DNA from: a virus
Lineage: Duplodnaviria; Caudoviricetes
Length of the DNA stretch: 64,000 nt
Virus record (IMG/VR): IMGVR_UViG_3300031994_000004
Reading direction: 5' to 3' (one strand)
The notes under the pieces are model-generated. The model was not told where the DNA came from. It made no database searches and saw only the letters and a list, made by a program, of their open reading frames with translations. The position numbers and the translations under genes were made by a program. This document shows positions 20,956 to 33,895 of the stretch, in pieces. Numbering within the stretch: the stretch's first letter is position 1; each line of letters begins with the position of its first letter.

Positions 20956-21611
20956 ATGAATGAATTAGATAGAAAATCATTAGAATTATTGAATGGTAAT
21001 CCTTTACCAGATTCCATTGTTAGATGGTTGCCTGAATGTTCCATTGAAGAACTTCAGTCAAGACAAAAAGTTATATTAGATAAATTAGCCATATATGCCG
21101 AATGGCTAAATGAAATTGAAGAAACTTTAAAATACAAAAAGGAAAATCATATATGATAGTAAAAGCAAATGTTCTAAACAAAGATGGTAAGCGTGGTACC
21201 GAATGGTTCCTGGTACGCTTTGACCATACCCCAGTAAAAGATGTAACCAAGCGTCATCGCAGAACCGGTCTCTGCTCAATTTTCTATTTGACAGATGACG
21301 ATTACGATGGTGGCGAAAACTTTGCTTCTCGCATTTGTGGCGAAAAGAATAAGTACTTCGTGACTGATGCCAAGGTAGTTTGTTCGGAAAAGGATAACTA
21401 TGTAAAGGCTTATGCCAGAAATGTTACTATGAAGAAGGCTATCCAGCAGATTATGACAATGCAGTCTAATGGCGAATTGTCCTGGGATTTCACATTTGAT
21501 AATGAAACCTTCAAATCTTTCATTACCACATTGAATAAACAGCATCCGCACGGTAATGCCGCCGCTATGAAGTTGCTCCAAAATAGCAGTTATCGTCATA
21601 ACAAAAAGTAA
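20956..21611 (+). CDS. Two hypothetical proteins (20956-21156, 21153-21611)
   Basis: ATGA-coupled ORFs. Confidence 0.65.
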
Positions 21612-21673
21612 ATAAAATTTTACAAAGAAGGAGACAATCGGGTATTGACAAAATGCCCGATTTTTTCTATATT
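21608..21673 (+). promoter_or_regulatory. Promoter with GTAAA-N6-TTTAC box fused to terminator hairpin
   Basis: Box 21608-23; atcgggtatt/aatgcccgat hairpin plus T run; TTGACA 21645-50, N17, TATATT 21668-73. Confidence 0.85.
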
Positions 21674-21886
21674 ATAGAAAAACAAAAGAGGTAACAATAT
21701 GAAAATAGAATATGTTGATGATTTTAAAGGACTCCACTGTTCTGTTTGTAAGAAAGATTTGGAAAATGAAAAGCAGATTGTTGTATCTGAACAAATCTTT
21801 GGAAAATACCTCTGTTTGAATTGCCATTATGACAGGTCTAAAATTCATTCTGGGTTTTAAACTGAATAAGTAAAAAGGAGTTTACA

Positions 21887-22397
21887 ATGGAATGGCTGCG
21901 TAACGCAAATACTTTCTCCAAATTCACAGTTTATAGTAGATGGGGTTACTGGTGCATTAAGAGTGTTCGCGGGACTGGAAAATGGTTAAAGACCTATGGT
22001 GGCAGTCCGAACAAATGCCAGTGGACTCGTAACAAAGCAGAAGCTCTCATTTTCGGCTCTGATGACAAGGTGGTTGATTTCATTAAGCAGTTTGAACATT
22101 GTGAAGTTGATACCTGGAAATGGGATGGCAAAAATGTTACTTGAAATAAAATTTTATTACGATGACGGCACAGTTTCACACGATTTAATAGAATGTGAAA
22201 ATCCTACCAAGTGGGAAGGAAATACAGTTCTAACGAATATGGCGAAAAAAGCAAAGTTTCAAACTAATGCGTTTAAGCATAAAATTGTAAAGATTGAAAA
22301 GAAATGTGTGCTGGCGTGTAAAACAAAGAATTTCAAACAACATAGCTGGTGTTCCGGTGAAGGTTATGTTTGGCCTGCCGAATGGTGGAAAATGTGA
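21887..22397 (+). CDS. Two hypothetical proteins (21887-22144, 22134-22397)
   Basis: AGGAG RBS; overlapping ORFs. Confidence 0.6.
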
Positions 22398-22792
22398 AAA
22401 GAAGTACTTTTGAACAATATGTAACAGAATACTGCGAGGATTTGGCACTTAAAGAAAATTCTCATCAATACAAGCGTTGTAAACATGCTTGTGTACTGAC
22501 TTATAATGATGCGATAATTTCCAGTGGTGTAAATTCAAAACTGTTCAACGATTTCACGAAACAGTATAATGATTTGAAGGCATTACACGCAGAACCTGTT
22601 GCAATTATGAGAGCGATGAAACATCACAGCAAGATTATTCATAAATGCGAACTGTGGGTTTGTCGCAACAATGAGATTTCAAAAGAAAGTCGTCCGTGCC
22701 CGATGTGTATGCGAATTATTAAGGGATTTGGAATTAAACGAATTCATTACACAACTGGTGCTGGTGAATGGAAAGAAGAAACTTTAGATTAA
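22370..22792 (+). CDS. Cytidine/dCMP deaminase-fold protein
   Basis: HAE ... SRPCPMC ... GIKRIHYT zinc-deaminase motifs; start may be GTG 22394. Confidence 0.85.
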   Translation: MACRMVENVKRSTFEQYVTEYCEDLALKENSHQYKRCKHACVLTYNDAIISSGVNSKLFNDFTKQYNDLKALHAEPVAIMRAMKHHSKIIHKCELWVCRNNEISKESRPCPMCMRIIKGFGIKRIHYTTGAGEWKEETLD

Positions 22793-22803
22793 GGAGATAA
22801 GTT

Positions 22804-23190
22804 ATGGCAGCAATGACACCCGAACTAAAAGCACGATATAAAGAACTCGGAATTCACAATAGTTGCTGGAAAGGCCCGAATGGAAAGACATATACAGTTT
22901 GTCGCGGTGGCGAATTTTATATGCACACGATCTGCGAAACATACGTTCCACGCAGATATGTTATGGGAAAACAACAATGTAAGGCACAAGGACTTGACCC
23001 AGAAGAAATGGTAAAATACATTGAGTATAAGGCACTAAGGTATCACAGTTCTTATGGTGGCGGTGGTTATGAAAAAACAATTTCATACAATACAGTAGAA
23101 GAATTTAACAAACTGTGGGCTATGTTCCAAATGGGATATAAAGACGCTGAAATGCGAAACAAACTAAATAACATCAAGGAAGATTTCTAA
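22804..23190 (+). CDS. Hypothetical protein with C-terminal DF tag
   Basis: Ends KLNNIKEDF. Confidence 0.75.
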   Translation: MAAMTPELKARYKELGIHNSCWKGPNGKTYTVCRGGEFYMHTICETYVPRRYVMGKQQCKAQGLDPEEMVKYIEYKALRYHSSYGGGGYEKTISYNTVEEFNKLWAMFQMGYKDAEMRNKLNNIKEDF

Positions 23191-23720
23191 TGGCTAAACT
23201 GACCGAAAAAGAATTAAAAGAAAAGTGGATTGAAAACGCCTGTGACTATCTGGCGAACAAAACCAGGAATGAACAGACATTCAAGTTCAATTCTGATACA
23301 GAAACGAATGGCTACTGTGGACGTTCATTTCACGAAAAGGTCGGAGAACCTTGGGTTCGTGGTGTTTACAAGTGGTGTGCAGTAAACATTAACAATAACT
23401 TTGTTGTGTTCTATTGTGGTGAGCGAGAAGCACAAACTTATTTGAAAAGTAAGTTCAACAATGACCCACCTGCGGCTTGTATCACTCTTGACGAATGTAA
23501 GTGTTCCGACATTAGCAAAGAAGATAAAGGCTTGCTTGACAAGATTTATGATGAAATGTGTATGCGTATTCACGGTATGAATGAACAAATTAACAGAATG
23601 TATATTCAGTGCGAAAAAGAATTTGAAATTCAGCGTGAAAGTGAAACTATGTTTGAATTTTTGGAATCAACCGAAGAACAGAAGGAAGACCCCGGAGAAA
23701 ATGTTAAATCTGACGAATGA
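23190..23720 (+). CDS. Hypothetical protein
   Basis: TAATG-coupled, 176 aa. Confidence 0.7.
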   Translation: MAKLTEKELKEKWIENACDYLANKTRNEQTFKFNSDTETNGYCGRSFHEKVGEPWVRGVYKWCAVNINNNFVVFYCGEREAQTYLKSKFNNDPPAACITLDECKCSDISKEDKGLLDKIYDEMCMRIHGMNEQINRMYIQCEKEFEIQRESETMFEFLESTEEQKEDPGENVKSDE

Positions 23721-24291
23721 AAATGTGATTGTTGTGAGTGATACTCACTTTAGACACAAGAAATTGTGTTTTGGTGAACAAGAACACTTTGACAGAACCC
23801 GTAATTACAAGTTTGCATCTGATATGGATGCCGACATTATTGCTCAGTGGAATAAGAACATTGGAGATAATGACATTGTAATCTTTTTGGGCGATTTTTT
23901 GATGAATACTCCTGTAAAACAGACCGAAGAAGTATTCTACCAGTACTACAATGCTTTGAATAAGGGCAAGAAAATGTACTGGATTTGCGGGAATCATGAC
24001 CATCTTTTGAGAAAGAAGATTGGTTGGGATAAGCTTAATATGAGTTATCATTTGGAATTTATGAAGGATAATCGTTTGTATGTAATACAGCACGAAGACT
24101 TTATTGAAAACCAAAGACACATGCCAGTTTGTGAATATGACAGTAATGTTGTGTTCGTTCACGGGCATACTCACGAATCAAATAAACTTTCTCGTTTCCA
24201 ATACAAGGGAATGAACCTTGTACAGAACTGTGTATGCTGGGATGCTTGGTATCGTCCAGTAAATGTAAATGAACTGGAGGGTTGTGTATGA
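23701..24291 (+). CDS. Calcineurin-like metallophosphoesterase
   Basis: SDTH, LGD, GNHD, HGHTH motifs; GGAG RBS before ATG 23701. Confidence 0.9.
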   Translation: MLNLTNENVIVVSDTHFRHKKLCFGEQEHFDRTRNYKFASDMDADIIAQWNKNIGDNDIVIFLGDFLMNTPVKQTEEVFYQYYNALNKGKKMYWICGNHDHLLRKKIGWDKLNMSYHLEFMKDNRLYVIQHEDFIENQRHMPVCEYDSNVVFVHGHTHESNKLSRFQYKGMNLVQNCVCWDAWYRPVNVNELEGCV

Positions 24292-25609
24292 TAAATACTG
24301 GTTGGATTCCTGGTTATCTTCAGCGTTGTGGTGAAATGCTTCGTGAGCATTACAAGAATAAACGCAACAAACAGACTTTATCCGAAACGGAGTATTTCAA
24401 TAGAGTAATGAAGTATGTTGATATGCATCCGAAGAGGGACGAAATTCTGTCTGATTTGAAGGTAGATGCTCATATTCTTGCTGAATGTTATGATGAAGGT
24501 CATCCACCTGAATACTGCTATGCTCAGTTGCTAAAATTGTATTTTTAAAGGAGAATTAAAATGAGAAAAATTATTTTATGTGTATTGTTGTTTGCGAGTT
24601 TTATCTTCGCACAAAATTGCCACCCAATATCTGATGAATTAAAATCTGATATAAAAGATGATATGTGGGAAAGTAAGCATGTAATAATGCTAGTTCAAAA
24701 TGGTGTAGAATGTGATAATGGTATATTTTATAATGTATATTATCCAACAGAAACAATTAGTTCAGCATGTTTTTATGAAAACTGGAAATTAAATGAAAAA
24801 ACTGCTATATTTAATTACAATGGAAAGCATGGCATTACATTTTTAAAATTTGATGAATTTGGAATGAAAATTTCTGATACAGAAATAGTAACAACTTCTA
24901 GAACTTGTGAAAATTTGTATAAGCAGTTTAAGAAAGAAATGAAGTAAGTCATAAATACAATATGGCAATAGACCCACAATTATATCTTGATATAGCAGCT
25001 AACAATGTGGACCCGATGGTGTTTGAGTTTGATGACTTAGGCGACGGTCCAGGTCCAATGTTCGGTGGTATGGGTGTAAAGATTACTGGAACTTATGGCG
25101 GTGCACCAGTTGATGTATGCCGTGGTCCTTGTATAAGATACACTCCAATGAAAACTGCTGAAGAAATTGAAGCCGAACAACAAGCAGAATACGAAGCAGA
25201 ACAAGCTAGAATTAAATTAGAATACGAAACTTGGACTAATAAATTCAAAGCAAATCATTATACAACAGAACTTTCTTTTATCTTTGGTAATTTGAACAAG
25301 CAACAGTTGAAATGGATAAAGCACATTCTTGATACTGACGAAGATGCTACTTACATTTATGCTGGAAACAAAGATAGAAGCGAATTTTTAAGTATAAACG
25401 ATGTCTGCGCCCATGTCACAAAATCCAAGATCAAAAATGGAAAACTTGTTTGTGAGATTGAATTTGATTACACAGATCCGGGTTTAAAACTTTTTCGTAA
25501 TTGGCAGAATGGATTTGCCCCAAAGTTGAATTTAAATACTATATTTGTGTATGATGAAAAGGACCCAAATTTACAGAACTTAAAATTTCTTTGCTTGGAG
25601 TTTGTATGA
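24282..25609 (+). CDS. Three hypothetical proteins (24282-24548; 24561-24947 with signal peptide; 24962-25609)
   Basis: Abutting ORFs; 24962 is preceded by CATAAATA. Confidence 0.65.
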
Positions 25610-26717
25610 TAATCAAACGGAACGATTTTACAACTTATTTAGAAAATCATATTACGAAAGAACAAAATCAGGTATTACAAAGTGTACCTGGTTTTCGTGT
25701 AAAGTATATAAATGTGCTTTCTATTTTAACTGAAATGATGGAACGTAATTATCACTGGACAAATAATAAAGCTTGGGAAAGCGATTTTTACGATTTTATT
25801 CCTGAGACATTCAAAGAGTATTATAAAGAAACACTGCCTGGGAATTTTAGAGTTAATTTCTGTGTTCAGTTTAATCATTTACCAGCTGAATGGTTGTATA
25901 ATTATACCAGTATTCTAAATGAAAGTTTATTTGACTTTATAAAATCAAGCAACTATGCAGATTTCTATAATATAGAATATCTGGTTAAAACGATTGAAAA
26001 CATTTTAAAAATTGCTAAATTTAAGATAGATGACTTCTAATAGTGAACTTATATTTCAACGATTGCTTGAACTCCAAAAAGTATCTTATGAATTTAATCT
26101 AGTAACGAGATACAACAAATCCGGATATTTTCAAGCATTTTATACATTACACCCAAATGATTTAAAATCATATTTAAATCAAGATTTGGGTATTGGTGGA
26201 TTTGTTATAAAACAGTTTTTCTTTTTGGGTATCAGAATAAACAAAGATTTTAGATTTAGAATAAAAACAAAACTTGTATATAGTGATTTTCCATTAAGTA
26301 AAGTTCAAAAAATTGACGATATAGAAGATTTGAGAACGTATATCAAAGAATATATAGCTTATACGAAACGAAATTTAATGAATGTTAAACTAGAGAAAAT
26401 TCAGTGGGATTTCAATGACTGAAGATGAAGTAAAAGCATTTTTCACCAAATATAATCTTAAAATACTTGGAGTAGATAAAGAAAACATTTGGCCTTGTGT
26501 GATTGGAAAAAACGATATTAAATTGGGTTTTGTAAACAAAAAGAGGACAATTTATAGACAAGTATTTTATATTTCACTTGTAGATAGGTTTGACTGTGCT
26601 ATAATGTTTGATGATTATAAAAAATGTTGTAACTTCTACGAAACCGAAACTGATAAACATTTTAAAGAATTAAGAGAATTCCGAAAAATTAAACTATTAC
26701 AGGAAGATTTTGAATGA
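25606..26717 (+). CDS. Three DF-tag proteins (25606-26040, 26030-26422, 26415-26717)
   Basis: End KIDDF, KLEKIQWDFND and KIKLLQEDFE. Confidence 0.7.
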
Positions 26718-27502
26718 TACATTTAGTTTGTTTAACAAAACCATATAACGAACTTGATTTTAAGATTTGGTACAAATGGCATAAGTTACTTGGAATTGAC
26801 AAAATCCATATTTTCCACAATGACAGTGATTTACGAATTGACAGACTGATAAATCCGCCTGATGAATATCAGTATATCAGTGGGTGGCCGAACCAATGGC
26901 AACTCTATAATGACATTTTGAATAAAAATACTCTCGGTTTCAAGAATGAAGATATAGTTATTTTCCTTGATGATGACGAATTTTTGTGGATTGACCAGAA
27001 AGAACCACTAGATGCTCTTTTAATGAAACAATTTAGAATGTTAGATTGTGTTATGGTGCCGCAAATTCTAATGAGTACAAAGGATGTGACTGAGCAACGT
27101 AGCACTAATCTAATTGAACACAGTTATTACAGAAGAAACGATTTAGCGAACCAGGGCAAATGTATACTTTTGTATAATGACAGAAACGAATACGATTTTA
27201 CAAAAGAAGAACAGAATGAACGAGGTCATATTCCGTTTATAAATGGAATGAGATTTAGTGATGTTGTAGGAAGTGACTGCTCCAAAACCACTTATGGCTT
27301 GGTCGCTTATGACGCTCCTGTGCGTTTATATCACTATCATATCAAATCATTAGACGATTGGAAACACAAACTTGCACGTGGAAGTGCTGCGAATACTGCC
27401 CAAATCTATGACGAGGATATAACTAAAAATAAATGGTATGGAGATTATTCAGTTATAGACCTAACAATGTTGAATACTGCGAAGAAAATTGGACTTTTGT
27501 AA
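26714..27502 (+). CDS. GT-A fold glycosyltransferase (GT92/GT2-like)
   Basis: W..WH..LGIDKIHIFHND, FLDDDEF, GKCI, HYHIKS motifs. Confidence 0.75.
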   Translation: MIHLVCLTKPYNELDFKIWYKWHKLLGIDKIHIFHNDSDLRIDRLINPPDEYQYISGWPNQWQLYNDILNKNTLGFKNEDIVIFLDDDEFLWIDQKEPLDALLMKQFRMLDCVMVPQILMSTKDVTEQRSTNLIEHSYYRRNDLANQGKCILLYNDRNEYDFTKEEQNERGHIPFINGMRFSDVVGSDCSKTTYGLVAYDAPVRLYHYHIKSLDDWKHKLARGSAANTAQIYDEDITKNKWYGDYSVIDLTMLNTAKKIGLL

Positions 27503-27552
27503 ACAAAGTTTTACATAAAATCTATTGACTTTGTTCAAAATTTTTCTATATT
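27499..27552 (+). promoter_or_regulatory. Promoter with GTAAA-N6-TTTAC box
   Basis: Box 27499-27514; TTGACT 27525-30, N16, TATATT 27547-52. Confidence 0.8.
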
Positions 27553-27579
27553 AATGATATAGTGATAGTGAGGTAAACT

Positions 27580-28895
27580 ATGAAAATGGATAAATCTACA
27601 TTTTTTACGATGGAAGATATAGAAAAAGACTGGTCTGATACTTTTATAATAAGTACAGCCATTCGTGAACGTGATGATTACATTAAGGAATTGGAACAAA
27701 TTAAATACAAATATGAATTTGGTAAACATTTTGACCAGATTCATTCTTTTCTCTTTGAACTAGATTTTTGGGAAATTAGCGAACTAATTGGAGAAGAATT
27801 TGATAGGAAAATCACATTTAAAAGTAAAAATGGTTGTTTTGTGCTAAATTGTAAATTGGACGGTAATACAGAAATTTACAAAATCCAAAGAATTAGTGAA
27901 ACTGAATATTTTGTAGAATGTGGTTTTGATACGATTTTCAGCGAACTGGAGAAATTGGAGAAATAAAAAATGCTTAAATATGGTGGATTACTATTAGCAC
28001 TATCTGGTACTTTTATGCCATACGAAAATTCTTTTCAGTATGCCATTGGCGGTGTTCTTATTTTTGTAGGAACAATGATTTTCTTAAACACTAAACATAA
28101 GGAGAAATAAAATGTTTAAAGATGAACTGTTCGCATTACAAGAGAAAGCCAATCCTCGTAACAACAACTTGCAGCATATAGTTGCGGAGTTTAAGGAGAC
28201 GATTAGAAATTGCGTGAAGGATGGTTTCTGTAAAGACAATAAAATGTCATTTCCTATTGCTGGTGGGAAAATTTCATGTAAAAATCCTCTATACCATGAA
28301 CCTACATGTTACATTGAAGACCTATCCGCTGTTGAAAAAATCTTCAAGAAAGAAGGTATAGATATGGACTGGTCTTATGACAGGACACACTTGAATGGAA
28401 CTTTAACTTTTAGGTGGTAAAATAATGTCAGATAAAGAACAACAACTGCTTGATTTGTTTGAAAAATACAAGGAAGACTTAGACGGTGGTAGACTCGAAG
28501 CTCTTTTTGAATTTACTGAAGAGTGTGAAAAAGAATTAAAGCAAAGTCCTAAGTATGGAAAAATTACTACTGCAATTATGCACTCTTATATTATGAGTGC
28601 TTATCAAGTAGGACGCAAGCGAGCAGAAGACTACTATAAAGCACTAAGGAAAGATGAAGAAGAACACAGGTTCCATTTGACTTGTGAAGAAACACCACCA
28701 GATGGCGAACTTGTATACTGTGTTGGTAAAGACCACTGTACACAGAAGGAATTGTCTGGAATCTATTTCTATCATAGTGGATATTGGTGGACTGATGAAC
28801 AGCGCAAGTCTGACGAATGTTGGTTTGATGGGTCAGGAATAAATGATTATGTATTTTATAAATGGATGAAACTTCCAAAAGACAAAAATGACTAG
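27580..28895 (+). CDS. Hypothetical proteins (27580-27966, 28112-28420, 28425-28895)
   Basis: RBS-bearing ORFs downstream of the promoter. Confidence 0.65.
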
Positions 28896-30363
28896 AAAAG
28901 AATTTAAAGAAAAATTATTTTCTTATTGTCAGTCATTGGGTTATACAATAACTGAACATTCGGTTGAATTTGAACCGTTTGGACCTTCTTTATTTTTATT
29001 TTCAAAATTTGATAGTTCATTTCATTATACACCAATACCTCCAAAAGGAAAAGTAACAACATTAAGAGGAATAAAAATAGATTATAATGAAGGAACATTA
29101 GAGATATATAAACATATTGCTAAAAAATGGTGTATGATAACAAAAGAATATAAAATAGAACAGAAACTTGAAAAAATTGGCAAGGATTTTGAATGACAAG
29201 AGAAGAGTTTTTAAAAGCAATAAACGAATATAATATAAAAGTTTCTGCTTTACATAATTTGTATTATAAAGACATTGAAAGTCCAATAGTTTTATATGAT
29301 TGTAAATGTTATAGTGATAAAATACTGTATTTTGTTGTACAATCAGATAAAACATTTATAAATTCTTATGACGATTTATGTAAATTTTTTAAGAAAAAAC
29401 AAATAGAATATAAACAAAGTTTTATAAAAAATAAATTAAAAGAAATTAGTATAGATTTTGAATGAGGTATGAATATGACGTTAAGAGAAGAGATGGAATT
29501 TGAACTTAGATTTTTCAAAAAATGTTTTGATGAAATTTTAAAAAATAATTCTGATTATAGAACAAAAATTTATAGAAAAAATGGAGTTCTTAATCTTTCT
29601 ATTATAGAAACATTAGATGAAGAACCTGAAATGGAAATTTATATATCATATACAAAAAATAAATATGATTCAGATGATTTTATAGTTAATGTTGAATTTC
29701 CATATTCTTATGATGATAATTATAATAATAAAGTAATAAAAATTTCTTATGCAGAAATTGATAATATACCAGATTTTTGTGCGGAACTTGCAAAAGATAA
29801 TTTAAAATAAGTTGATAAACTTAATAAAGATATTGGGTTAAAATGAGTTACTTAGATGAAAAACTCCAAGAACTATTAAAAAGTTATGGATTGTATTGTA
29901 ATTCAGTAGGTAATTGGTTTACAAAACAATTACCAGATTCTCGTCATAATTGGATTGTTGCCGAGTATAATGATGATAATAAATCAATTTATATTGTTGA
30001 TAAGATTTACTTAAAAAATAATGAGATAATGTTTGGCGACTGCGTGAAATTAAAAAAGATTAATGACATCAAAAATAAATTAGGGCAGTTATTCAAAGAC
30101 ATTAAACAAATTAAAGTTGCACAAAAAATAAATGAATTTAAAAAGGATTTTTAATTATGGATATATTGGAACTAAATCAAAAAATATCAGAAGAAATAAG
30201 AGCAATAGTATCTATGTTTGGTAACATTAGTGTATCAGAATTTAATGTTAAAGTAGACAATGACAAAATTAACATAAGTTACAAAACAGAATATGGAGAA
30301 TCTAAATGTGAAAAAGATGATTCTGGTAAACGTATTAGAACACATAAATTAAAACTAAAGTAA
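28888..30363 (+). CDS. Very AT-rich cluster of small ORFs (28888-29196, 29193-29465, 29469-29810, 29843-30154, 30157-30363); three carry the DF tag
   Basis: Coupled ORFs; ends IGKDFE, ISIDFE, FKKDF. Confidence 0.65.
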
Positions 30364-30424
30364 ACAAAGTTTTACATAAAACTTATTTAAAACCATTGAC
30401 AGTTGTCAGTGGTTTTTCTATATT
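30360..30424 (+). promoter_or_regulatory. Promoter with GTAAA-N6-TTTAC box fused to terminator hairpin
   Basis: Box 30360-75; aaaaccattgac/gtcagtggtttt hairpin; TTGACA 30396-401, N17, TATATT 30419-24. Confidence 0.85.
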
Positions 30425-30459
30425 TACTTATGTAAACAACAAAACAAGAGGTAGCAAAA

Positions 30460-31489
30460 ATGAACATTTCCAAAATCAAAGAAATATGCGACAAGCTCCC
30501 GGATGTTAAGCCGCTCCAGCTCAAATATGGCGAACCGAAATCTCAGTTCATTCGTGAACTTGCAAAGAAGCATAACATTCCTCTTGCTGATGCGGCAGAT
30601 TTTGGTAACATTGAACCTGTTGTGATTGACGAAAACGCAAAGAAGGTTGATTTTGACACTACTGCGTTCTTCTCTAACCAAAATCTTGTTATGTTTTTGG
30701 ACGAAATGTACATTAACGGAATTACTGGTGAAACCTTTTTCAATGGGGAGAACAACTAATGAATTTTACACAAAAACAAATTAACATCATTTCTAACGCA
30801 CTTCTTTGTTATAAAGATGAAAGTTATGAAACGGAAGATGAAATGGAAGATTTGGAAAAGTTGATAAACAAGTTTTCCGATTTGGAAGAATTGCCTGCCC
30901 AAGTTCATAAGATTATGGAAAATCTTAACAACATTTCAAATGTTGAGGTACACTAATGCAAAAACAGATTTTAAAGAAAGCAAAACACGAACTACAAACG
31001 GCCTGGAGACGTGCTATGGAAGATGCCGGTTTCTATAAGGCCATTGAATACTCCGGTTGGTCTGCGTGGCGAGATAGTTATTCAACGAAGTGTAGATTTC
31101 AGTCTGCTGATACTGTTGGTGATTACAGAAGAATGCAAATTTACACTGACTATAGCCCAAACACCCGTAATGCGGAACTGTTGTTTGGCTTGGAATATGA
31201 CGAGAAAGTAGATAAGTTCTATATTGCGTATGTTTACAAGCCGAAGCCATCAGGAAATTATCCACCGAACAAGGAAGATGAAGAAAAAATTTTTATGAAT
31301 TATTTGGATTTTGATTATTTCAGGTGGCGTATCACTAAGGACCAAAACGCAATTTATAAAATGGTTTTTCCGAACTGGGAAGGCGATTTTACTGCGAACA
31401 AAAATCGTATTTGTTTGGATTTTTGCGGCTATGTTTCTAAAATGGTTGGTGCGTGGATGAGAGAACGAAAAATGACTGAAGATTTCTAA
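30460..31489 (+). CDS. Three hypothetical proteins (30460-30759, 30759-30956, 30956-31489 with DF tag)
   Basis: TAATG-coupled operon. Confidence 0.7.
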
Positions 31490-31490
31490 T

Positions 31491-31555
31491 GTAAATAAAG
31501 TTTTACATAAAATTGTTGTATTTTCATTGACAAACTGTATAATTATTTCTATATT
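31491..31555 (+). promoter_or_regulatory. Promoter with GTAAA-N6-TTTAC box
   Basis: Box 31491-31506; TTGACA 31527-32, N17, TATATT 31550-55. Confidence 0.85.
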
Positions 31556-31580
31556 ATATGGTATAAAAGAGAGGTACAAT

Positions 31581-33134
31581 ATGAAATACAAATACAAGGA
31601 CCACTACAACCGAAAATACAACTTTATGGTTCGTGCCAGATTTAATTCTGTTGATAACGCAAAGCAGTTTATGTGGGATAACGATGAATTTGTTGAGAGC
31701 GAACAAGAAGACCACGCTGAAGATTGGTTGATTTTCTTTGTCAAGAATAAGACTGTTCTCTTTAAGCTTTACAAGCTGCTCACTGAAAACGAAACTGTTG
31801 AGTATTTTGAATTGGTCAGTAAGTAAGGAGAATTTATGACATACTGGTTTGTAAATGTTGATGGCAAGTGGTCTAAACCATTCACTTACTATCCTGTCGC
31901 AAAATACAATTCCACAAAGAAAGATGTGAAGATTTACGAAGTTAATTTGGACGAACTGCCAAAGAAAACTCTCGTATGGAAGTCTAAAATTTAACAACAA
32001 ACAAAGGAGATACAACAATGAAAGACTTTTGGAAAGATTGCACTTTTGCTTTTGGCATTGTGTTGATTGCCCTTATTATGGGTGGTTGCCTGGCTATTAC
32101 TCTCGTCCAGCACGGTTACATTCCGGTAGACATTCCGTCGGATTCTTCAGCCGAAATTACGGAAGTATCTAGTTCTTCAGTAGCGGAAGTTTCTAGTTCT
32201 TCTGTTGAAAAGAAGATTGTAATGCCGGAACGTTGCTCTAATGAAAGTGCTTCAATGGCCTGGCTAGATGTAGTGAACTCTCCAGTATTTAAGGGTTGTA
32301 AGGCTAGCACTGTTGGACACGAATTATTTAAAGCAACTGACATTCAGGTTTTCTGTGAAACTCCACGAAAGATTACAGAAAACATTAAGCAGTTCAAACG
32401 AACTGATATGGCTATTATGAATAACCAAATGTATATCACTTATACCTGTAATTGGGAGGACTAAACAATGGATTACATCATAATCTTTTTCGGCCTTATT
32501 ACATTTATCACAATGATTCTCGGCGCCATCAATGCGCTGGTATGGAAGGACGAAACTGCCGATTCTATTCTTGACATTATCGTTCATATTTGTGCTGGTA
32601 TTACTGGCGGATTTGCTCTTTGTCTTTTGTTCGGACAGAATCACATTATAAATGAAACTGAATACAAGGAATACAAGGAACTGAAAAAGCAGTATATGAC
32701 TTCGCCTAATTTGTTCAATGCGAACAACCAAACATGCTGGAACATTAACGGTGCCAAGCATTGTGGTGATTTCACTTACGAAGACAACAAATCCAAAATT
32801 GAAGTTAAGAATGGTTCAACTAACATCACTGTAAAGTAAGGAGAAAACTATGACTGATTTAATCGTTAATTTGTGTAGTTTGGTTGGTATGATCAGTTGC
32901 TTTGTTTGGCTCATTTTCGGATTGTATGGAAACAGAATTTGTGAAAGGGCTACTGCCGCATTTGTTATGATTCTGCTTGGCTTTTGGAACATTATAACGA
33001 TTGTTGTCCGAATGCTGTATCTTTCAAACTCTTCTTTTGGAAATAAAATGAACATAGCAGCTATCGTTTGTTTTGGTTTCATTATTCTAGTTAAAATTAT
33101 TGAACTGGCACTTTGTGAAAAGAAATATGAGTAA
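31581..33134 (+). CDS. Operon of hypothetical and membrane proteins (31581-31826, 32018-32464, 32468-32839, 32850-33134)
   Basis: RBS-bearing ORFs; 32018 has a TM and Ser-rich EVSSSS repeats. Confidence 0.65.
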
Positions 33135-33381
33135 GGATAAATTATGCCTGATATGAAAACTTTAGTTGATTTTGTAATGAATTTGTGTTGTGCAGTTTGT
33201 GTAGCAGGAATTTTCATTTGTTTGGTTTGGATAATTTTAGAAATAATTTACATTGTAAAACTCATTAAGACAGGAGAAAAGTAATGGAAAAACGATTTGT
33301 ACTGAATATGGATAGCACTATTCGTTTAATGCAGAAAGCAAAGGTAAAATTACTTTTACAAAAATTTAAGATTGGAGTAAA

Positions 33382-33446
33382 GTAAACAAAAATTTACCTG
33401 ATTTTCACGAATACCCATTGACAAAGTGGGTATTTTTTTCTATATT
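33382..33446 (+). promoter_or_regulatory. Promoter with GTAAA-N6-TTTAC box fused to terminator hairpin
   Basis: Box 33382-97; atacccatt/agtgggtat hairpin plus T run; TTGACA 33418-23, N17, TATATT 33441-46. Confidence 0.85.
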
Positions 33447-33691
33447 ATACTTAGAAACAAAAGAGAGGTAACCAATGAACAGAAAAATCACGGCAGAAAA
33501 TCTTAAAAATTTGAATGACGGCGAAACGATTGAAACCCCGCGTGTCACATTTAATGAATTGATTTGCCGTGGTTATTTGAGCGAATACCTTGGCAACGAT
33601 GGTTTAGACAATGCTTGGGAACGTATGTATAATCACAGAGCAAAGTGGCTCAACTGGGAACTTGGTTACTAAACTAAAAAGAGGTACAACT

Positions 33692-33895
33692 ATGGCAAAC
33701 AAGAAAAAGAAAAATTCCGCAAAAGAAAATGAACGTATGCGTAAAGAACGCATCGCTGGCTCTGACAATGGTCGCACTATGCGTACCCGCGTGGTGAAGG
33801 ACAAGAAGAAGTACACCCGAAAGACCAAGCACAAGAATGCTGAAGATGGTCACGAACTGGTCATGAACTTGTACAAAACTGTGTGGGGTAAATAA
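33692..33895 (+). CDS. Small basic protein, possibly ArfA-like ribosome-binding peptide
   Basis: AGAGGT RBS; RTRVVKDKKKYTRKTKHK. Confidence 0.5.
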   Translation: MANKKKKNSAKENERMRKERIAGSDNGRTMRTRVVKDKKKYTRKTKHKNAEDGHELVMNLYKTVWGK

